Shown: piece after piece, positions 23,464 to 27,794 of the stretch
How positions within the stretch are numbered: position 1 is the first letter of the stretch
Layout: every line of letters begins with the position of its first letter
IMG/VR virus record: IMGVR_UViG_3300019875_000006
Coordinates: 1-27,794 of that record
DNA: 27,794 bases
Origin: a virus
Lineage: Duplodnaviria; Caudoviricetes
Direction: 5' to 3' (one strand)
Made by a program: the position numbers and the translations under genes
The notes under the pieces: generated by a model
Told to the model about the DNA's origin: nothing
Seen by the model: only the letters and a program-made list of their open reading frames with translations
Database searches by the model: none

Positions 23464-25451
23464 TATGCTGCCGCCCACCTTTCCCCTAGATGTGCCATGT
23501 CAGTTCTCAGTTTTGGCGTACGATTTGCCAACATACAAAGTCGCTCCGGTGGAGTCTCCATTATCCGTCGGATATCATGAGCCGCTTCAGCATCCACAAC
23601 TAGTTCATCGTGCATCGGGAAATAGATAGCGTCACCTAGTCCCGCCTTGATTATGCGTACCTCGGACTCTGCCAGTAGATCGTATGCTGATCCCTGTACG
23701 AAATAGTTGACCCCCTTGTGAACCGCGACACTGAAAATCATCCCGCGATTGTTACACTTTCGGCAACGGTCAATGGATGCCTGATCGTCGTGGGCATCCC
23801 AGCATGGCCACCATCCGGCCGGTACCGGCACGATACGGCCGGACAGAGTGAAGATGAGACGGTACTGAGCGGCGATCGTCTGGAGTTTCCCGCGCTTACC
23901 GGCGAGACGCTTGGAGCCGGGCAACGTCTTCCATACCAGGTCCCGCACTTCAGCGGCTTCATCTGGCGTGACGCGCAAGTCTCCGGCCAGTTTCGTGATG
24001 CCCTCCCCGTACAACTGAGCGAGTAGCACCACCTTTGCCACCTTGTATTGAATGCCACTGAATTTCACAATGGCATCGTAGAATTTATTTCCTGCTTCGT
24101 AGTGTTCAATTGCGCGAGTATCTCCCGCGATATTAGCCACGATAACCGGCTCGATCTGAGACCAGTCAATTGACACCATACCTTTAGGCTTCTTACACGT
24201 GCACGGGACCGGGTCCCCATCCACATCTAGTGCGGGATGCTCCATATTCGCGCGGGCTTCCTGCCAGTTATCCGCAAGGATGATCCCCCGAGCCGGAGCC
24301 GAGAACTGATGAAGGGGAGCATCTCCAGAGATGGACATCCGACCAGTAGCGGCAGCAAGGATATTCACACTGGAATGGATACGCCCTTCATCATCCGCAC
24401 TGTCCATCGTCTTATCCAGATAATCACGCAAGATATGCGTGACCTCTTTGTGCTCTACGAACTGATGCGCTATAGGGTGATTCAATAGCGCAAGATTATC
24501 TTTCGAGCCAGACGGCTTACGGGTCTTCAGGGTGCGCGGGTACTTCTCAGGCAGCAATCCTTGCTCGTCTAGGTACCCGGTAAGGTCCCCCGAGTTGCCC
24601 GGTCGGATGCCGTGGGACTCTAGAGCAGCCTCTATGACGCGCATCTCTGCCGCCGTGGTGTCCCTGTACTCATCTAGATATTCAGGGTCCACGAGGAAGC
24701 CCCGACACGTGCGCCTGAGATGCTGTCTGTTGATGATCTGTTCACGGTCCACTAGGTCTAGCGCTTCCGAGCCCGTGACGCCGTACCGGCTAAATGGATG
24801 GCCTTCAGTGAGTCGCCGGAAGGCGGCATCTCGCACAGGAGAGACGAGCCGGTGGGTAAGGATTGCGTCCGTTGCCGCCATGAGCCGGTACGCGGGAGTA
24901 TCAAGATCAAATTTCTCATACCAGACTTGTTTACTGATACCGAGAGTCTTCAGCATTCCGGGCAACGGATCAGAGATCTCTATACCAAGATGTTTTGCCG
25001 CCGCATTTGTGAGAGTCTTACGTGCTCGCTCGTCTGGTTCCGCTAGTCGAGCCCATAGAAGTGTGTCAATAACACGCTCTATGTTCTCCTGATCCATGAG
25101 ACCTATGATGGATAGAATAGGCACATCAAAAGCTGAGTTATGAAAAGCGAGACGTTGATCCCCTGAATTAATGAGTTTATGAGACGCATGATATTGAGCT
25201 TCCTCACGCGGGTCAAATATCCATGCCTGTTCTGATGTTCCGAATATGATCGCCTTAACGTCATACCGTTTACGTCCATCTTTTCCGGCTGACTCTAGAT
25301 CGATAGCGAGCATGCCGGGTGTCCGCATGATGTCAGGTACCGCGTCTAGCACGGCTTCACGGCCTACTGTGAACGTCACACCAGGGAAGCCGGTCAGCGG
25401 GAACGTACCGGACTCCGAAACACGCGCCGGTGGTCTGGTGAGCTTGATCAT
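23463..25451 (-). CDS. polA: DNA polymerase, family A, with 3'-5' exonuclease domain
   Basis: Exo motifs AIDLES, FHNSAFD, ATDA; ATGRMS; motif A IDWSQIE; motif B AKVVLLAQLYG; VQGSAYD; motif C MHDEL. Start ATG 25451 overlaps the HTH stop. Confidence 0.95.
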   Translation of the reverse strand: MIKLTRPPARVSESGTFPLTGFPGVTFTVGREAVLDAVPDIMRTPGMLAIDLESAGKDGRKRYDVKAIIFGTSEQAWIFDPREEAQYHASHKLINSGDQRLAFHNSAFDVPILSIIGLMDQENIERVIDTLLWARLAEPDERARKTLTNAAAKHLGIEISDPLPGMLKTLGISKQVWYEKFDLDTPAYRLMAATDAILTHRLVSPVRDAAFRRLTEGHPFSRYGVTGSEALDLVDREQIINRQHLRRTCRGFLVDPEYLDEYRDTTAAEMRVIEAALESHGIRPGNSGDLTGYLDEQGLLPEKYPRTLKTRKPSGSKDNLALLNHPIAHQFVEHKEVTHILRDYLDKTMDSADDEGRIHSSVNILAAATGRMSISGDAPLHQFSAPARGIILADNWQEARANMEHPALDVDGDPVPCTCKKPKGMVSIDWSQIEPVIVANIAGDTRAIEHYEAGNKFYDAIVKFSGIQYKVAKVVLLAQLYGEGITKLAGDLRVTPDEAAEVRDLVWKTLPGSKRLAGKRGKLQTIAAQYRLIFTLSGRIVPVPAGWWPCWDAHDDQASIDRCRKCNNRGMIFSVAVHKGVNYFVQGSAYDLLAESEVRIIKAGLGDAIYFPMHDELVVDAEAAHDIRRIMETPPERLCMLANRTPKLRTDMAHLGERWAAA

Positions 25452-25687
25452 GAGGCTTCCGCCACAGCGCAGCATAGTTCGTGAGCCGGGATAGATAGAA
25501 GGTTCATGATCAAGAGCAACCGGCGCGGACCGGGCATGCACTTCCCTTGCTCGTACTCTCTGATCATGCTGAGAGGGATTCCGGTCTGAATGCTAAGATC
25601 ACGCTGTGTGATATCAGCCTTGATACGATACGCCTTAAAGATTCGCCCTTCCACACCAGGTGGACGATCCTCCTGTACGGTATCCAT
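25448..25687 (-). CDS. XRE-family HTH regulator
   Basis: KAYRIKADITQRDLSIQTGIPLSMIREYEQGKCMP; strong SD AGGAGG before ATG 25687. Confidence 0.85.
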   Translation of the reverse strand: MDTVQEDRPPGVEGRIFKAYRIKADITQRDLSIQTGIPLSMIREYEQGKCMPGPRRLLLIMNLLSIPAHELCCAVAEAS

Positions 25688-25761
25688 CTGCGTATACCTC
25701 CTAAGTACGGGTGTGCTCCCCCAGGATTCGGGGGTTAGACCGTACCGCACGGCCGGACCCC

Positions 25762-25804
25762 ATGCTAGCCTGTTCTTGACTGTGCGTCACCTCTAGGGCA
25801 GGAT
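25762..25804. promoter_or_regulatory. Overlapping divergent promoters sharing operator TGAC-TGTGC-GTCA (25777-25789)
   Basis: Plus strand: TTGACT-N17-CAGGAT (25776-25804). Minus strand: GTGACG-N17-TAGCAT (25790-25762). Confidence 0.68.
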
Positions 25805-25836
25805 CAGGGCTCCGGCAGAGAAGAGAGGGACTAGAC

Positions 25837-26166
25837 ATGGATAAGCCGATCACCCCCGAGCGACCCCCGTACACCGGTCCGGAGACGTATAAGGGAGTGC
25901 CGGTACCGGAGACGCTCCGGCCAAACTGGAGTGACAAGCGAGTAGAGGTTTTCTGGTGGAAGTGCGGCATAGATTCCGTGACGGAAACGGGCATGATAAC
26001 CCGGTATGATTCAGAGTTCGCTAAAGAGATGTCTCTTTATGACGCCGGATTTCACGCTCAGCTAGACGAACTAGCTCCGTTGCCGTGTCCTTGTGGCTCA
26101 GGTGTACCGGCGGTATCGTGTCCGTGCATCGTGGATATGTGGCCAGTAGGGAGCACTGATGGGTAA
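25837..26166 (+). CDS. Hypothetical protein with C-terminal CPCGSG motif
   Basis: SD GAGGGA; SEC-C-like PCPCGSG....CPC. Confidence 0.7.
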   Translation: MDKPITPERPPYTGPETYKGVPVPETLRPNWSDKRVEVFWWKCGIDSVTETGMITRYDSEFAKEMSLYDAGFHAQLDELAPLPCPCGSGVPAVSCPCIVDMWPVGSTDG

Positions 26167-26290
26167 ACGTATTTTGATACCTCTGGTGGTGATTATCCTC
26201 GCGATATTTGCTATCAAGCATCCGGCCGAATCCGTAGACTCTATTAAGTATGTAGCTCATCAACTGACTACGTTCGTTGACAGGATATAA
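26159..26290 (+). CDS. 43-aa membrane microprotein (not in ORF track)
   Basis: MGKRILIPLVVIILAIFAIKHPAESVDSIKYVAHQLTTFVDRI*; SD AGGGAG; 8-nt overlap with the upstream gene. Confidence 0.7.
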   Translation: MGKRILIPLVVIILAIFAIKHPAESVDSIKYVAHQLTTFVDRI

Positions 26291-26291
26291 A

Positions 26292-27794
26292 GTGAGCACT
26301 AATACCACAACAGATCTCGGCATAGTCAATGGAATAGATATGTCTGCCGGTGGTCTCGTGCTGGATAGATGGAATGAGGCTCTCCGGCCGCGTCCTTATC
26401 AGAATCAATGCATACGCGCTATCCTGGATGCCGCCGCTGAACGTGTCCGGCGTATGGCATGCGTGCTCCCCACTGGCTCAGGTAAGACGGTCATCTTTAG
26501 CTATCTCGCTAAGCACTGGAACGAGTACGGTTTCTCAGGGCGTATTTTGATCGTGGTAGACACTGATGAATTGGTGAATCAGACTGTAGATAAGTTGAGC
26601 AAGATTGCTCCCCTTCTAAAGGTAGGGGTAGTTAAAGCGGAACGTGACGAGCACGAGAATGTTAATGCCATTGTGGCATCTGTTCAGACAATACGTAAGC
26701 TGTATCGTCTGGACAACATTATGGAGTCAGGGCGTATCGGTCTCGTTATCATTGACGAGTGTGATCGTGCCGCCGCTGAAGGATATGTCAATGTCCTTAA
26801 CGCTCTCGGATGTTTCAATCCAGATGATGACACAGTGGCGGTTGGCTTTACCGCTACTCTTGCGCGCACGGATATGAGATCACTTGGAGACATCTGGGAA
26901 CGAGTCGTTTTCCAGCGCGATATTCTGGACATGATTCCTGAATATCTTGTGGACGTTTCAGGCAAGATGGTGACGGTAGATGGTTTCTCGCTATCTCAAG
27001 TCGCTATGCGTGGCGGAGATTATGCGATTAAGTCTCTATCCGATGCGTTGCTGTCATCCGACGCTCCGGAGTTCATCGCAAACGCTTATGTGGAGCACGC
27101 GGTAGACAAGCCGGGCATCATCTTTACACCATCAGTCGCCACGGCTGAAGCGTTCACAGCAGCTCTACAGGCTCGGGGGATCGAAGCTCGTACCATCTCG
27201 GGGACTACCCCACGGGAGACCCGTAGGCAGATTCTCAGGGACGCGCACGCGGGACGTGTGCAAGTTCTCGTTAATTGCATGGTTCTCACACGTGGATTTG
27301 ACTGGCCGCGTGCGGAAGTGGCAGTCATCGCAAGACCTACCACGAGTAACGTTCTGTACGTTCAAATGGTAGGACGAGTTCTCAGGCAATATCCAGGGTA
27401 TAAAGCACTGGGCATCCCTGCCAAAGAGAAGGCTCTAGTCCTGGACATTGTCGGGGCAACTCAAGAGCACCGACTAGCGACCCTGGCCGTTCTGACGTCC
27501 AATCGGATTCAAGTCATTCAGGAAGGCGAAACGCTAACTGAAGCCGTCCAGCGAGAACGAGCGGCCGGTAACGAGTATCTAAAGGATTATGTTGTTCTCT
27601 ATCAGGATGTAGATCTATTCCATCGGTCGGAAGCTGTATGGCTTCAAACGTATGAAGGCGTTTGGTTTGTCAGCACTCGTGATGACGTGTATTTCATCTG
27701 GCCAGGTTCCGAGCCGGATCGGTATCACGTGGGGGTGCGGCCCTTGAAAGGTCAGCTAACATCTCAGCATGGATGGAAACATAAGGATGTAGAT
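26292..27794 (+). CDS. Superfamily 2 DNA helicase (ResIII/RadD-like), truncated at window end (not in ORF track)
   Basis: Q motif RPYQ, Walker A LPTGSGKT, motif II IIDECD, motif III GFTAT, VLTRGFD, motif VI QMVGRVLR. Start GTG 26292 or ATG 26340. Confidence 0.93.
   Translation, partial: MSTNTTTDLGIVNGIDMSAGGLVLDRWNEALRPRPYQNQCIRAILDAAAERVRRMACVLPTGSGKTVIFSYLAKHWNEYGFSGRILIVVDTDELVNQTVDKLSKIAPLLKVGVVKAERDEHENVNAIVASVQTIRKLYRLDNIMESGRIGLVIIDECDRAAAEGYVNVLNALGCFNPDDDTVAVGFTATLARTDMRSLGDIWERVVFQRDILDMIPEYLVDVSGKMVTVDGFSLSQVAMRGGDYAIKSLSDALLSSDAPEFIANAYVEHAVDKPGIIFTPSVATAEAFTAALQARGIEARTISGTTPRETRRQILRDAHAGRVQVLVNCMVLTRGFDWPRAEVAVIARPTTSNVLYVQMVGRVLRQYPGYKALGIPAKEKALVLDIVGATQEHRLATLAVLTSNRIQVIQEGETLTEAVQRERAAGNEYLKDYVVLYQDVDLFHRSEAVWLQTYEGVWFVSTRDDVYFIWPGSEPDRYHVGVRPLKGQLTSQHGWKHKDVD

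Larger units (their letters stand above)
1..27794. mobile_element. Segment of a tailed (siphovirus-like) actinobacteriophage or prophage genome
   Basis: Colinear terminase-portal-protease-capsid-neck-tail-tape measure module plus phage replication genes; no host housekeeping genes seen. Confidence 0.96.

Noticed and set aside
26350-27389. Short ORFs in the track within the helicase region
   Set aside because: They are out-of-frame or antisense fragments; the true ORF is the unterminated helicase frame from 26292.
10269-27794. Inteins, introns or homing endonucleases in terL, primase, polA or helicase
   Set aside because: Protein lengths are normal, and I saw no splice-junction, LAGLIDADG or HNH motifs.

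Overview
This window is a 27.8-kb segment of a tailed dsDNA phage genome with siphovirus-type architecture, most likely infecting a filamentous actinomycete (inferred from DUF1707, MerR-like and DUF6011-like genes and actinobacterial-style promoters). Positions 1-12968 (minus strand) form one late operon. In transcription order it encodes a leaderless micro-ORF, CHAP/PG-binding endolysin, terminase large subunit, DUF935-type portal fused to a Mu gpF-like domain, Mu-like protease/scaffold, capsid cement, major capsid, head-tail genes, major tail protein, a -1 frameshifted tail assembly chaperone and the tape measure (truncated). Positions 13078-19711 are an accessory region of small genes: several Cys/His-rich microproteins missed by the ORF track, a candidate TerS, a DUF1707 membrane protein, a permuted papain-like amidase, XRE-HTH and MazG. 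Positions 19787-27794 are a replication module: RusA, an iteron-like GGACAC repeat region, prim-pol/AAA helicase, family A DNA polymerase, XRE-HTH and an SF2 helicase (truncated). The most notable unannotated signal is a four-site TTGAC-N5-GTCA palindrome that overlaps the -35 box of every sigma-70-like promoter I found; it also matches the actinomycete BldD box. Other signals are a doubly translationally coupled micro-ORF with one in-frame TGA, a likely origin of replication and apparent restriction-site avoidance. I saw no integrase, tRNA or CRISPR array. All family calls come from motif recognition by eye, not database searches.
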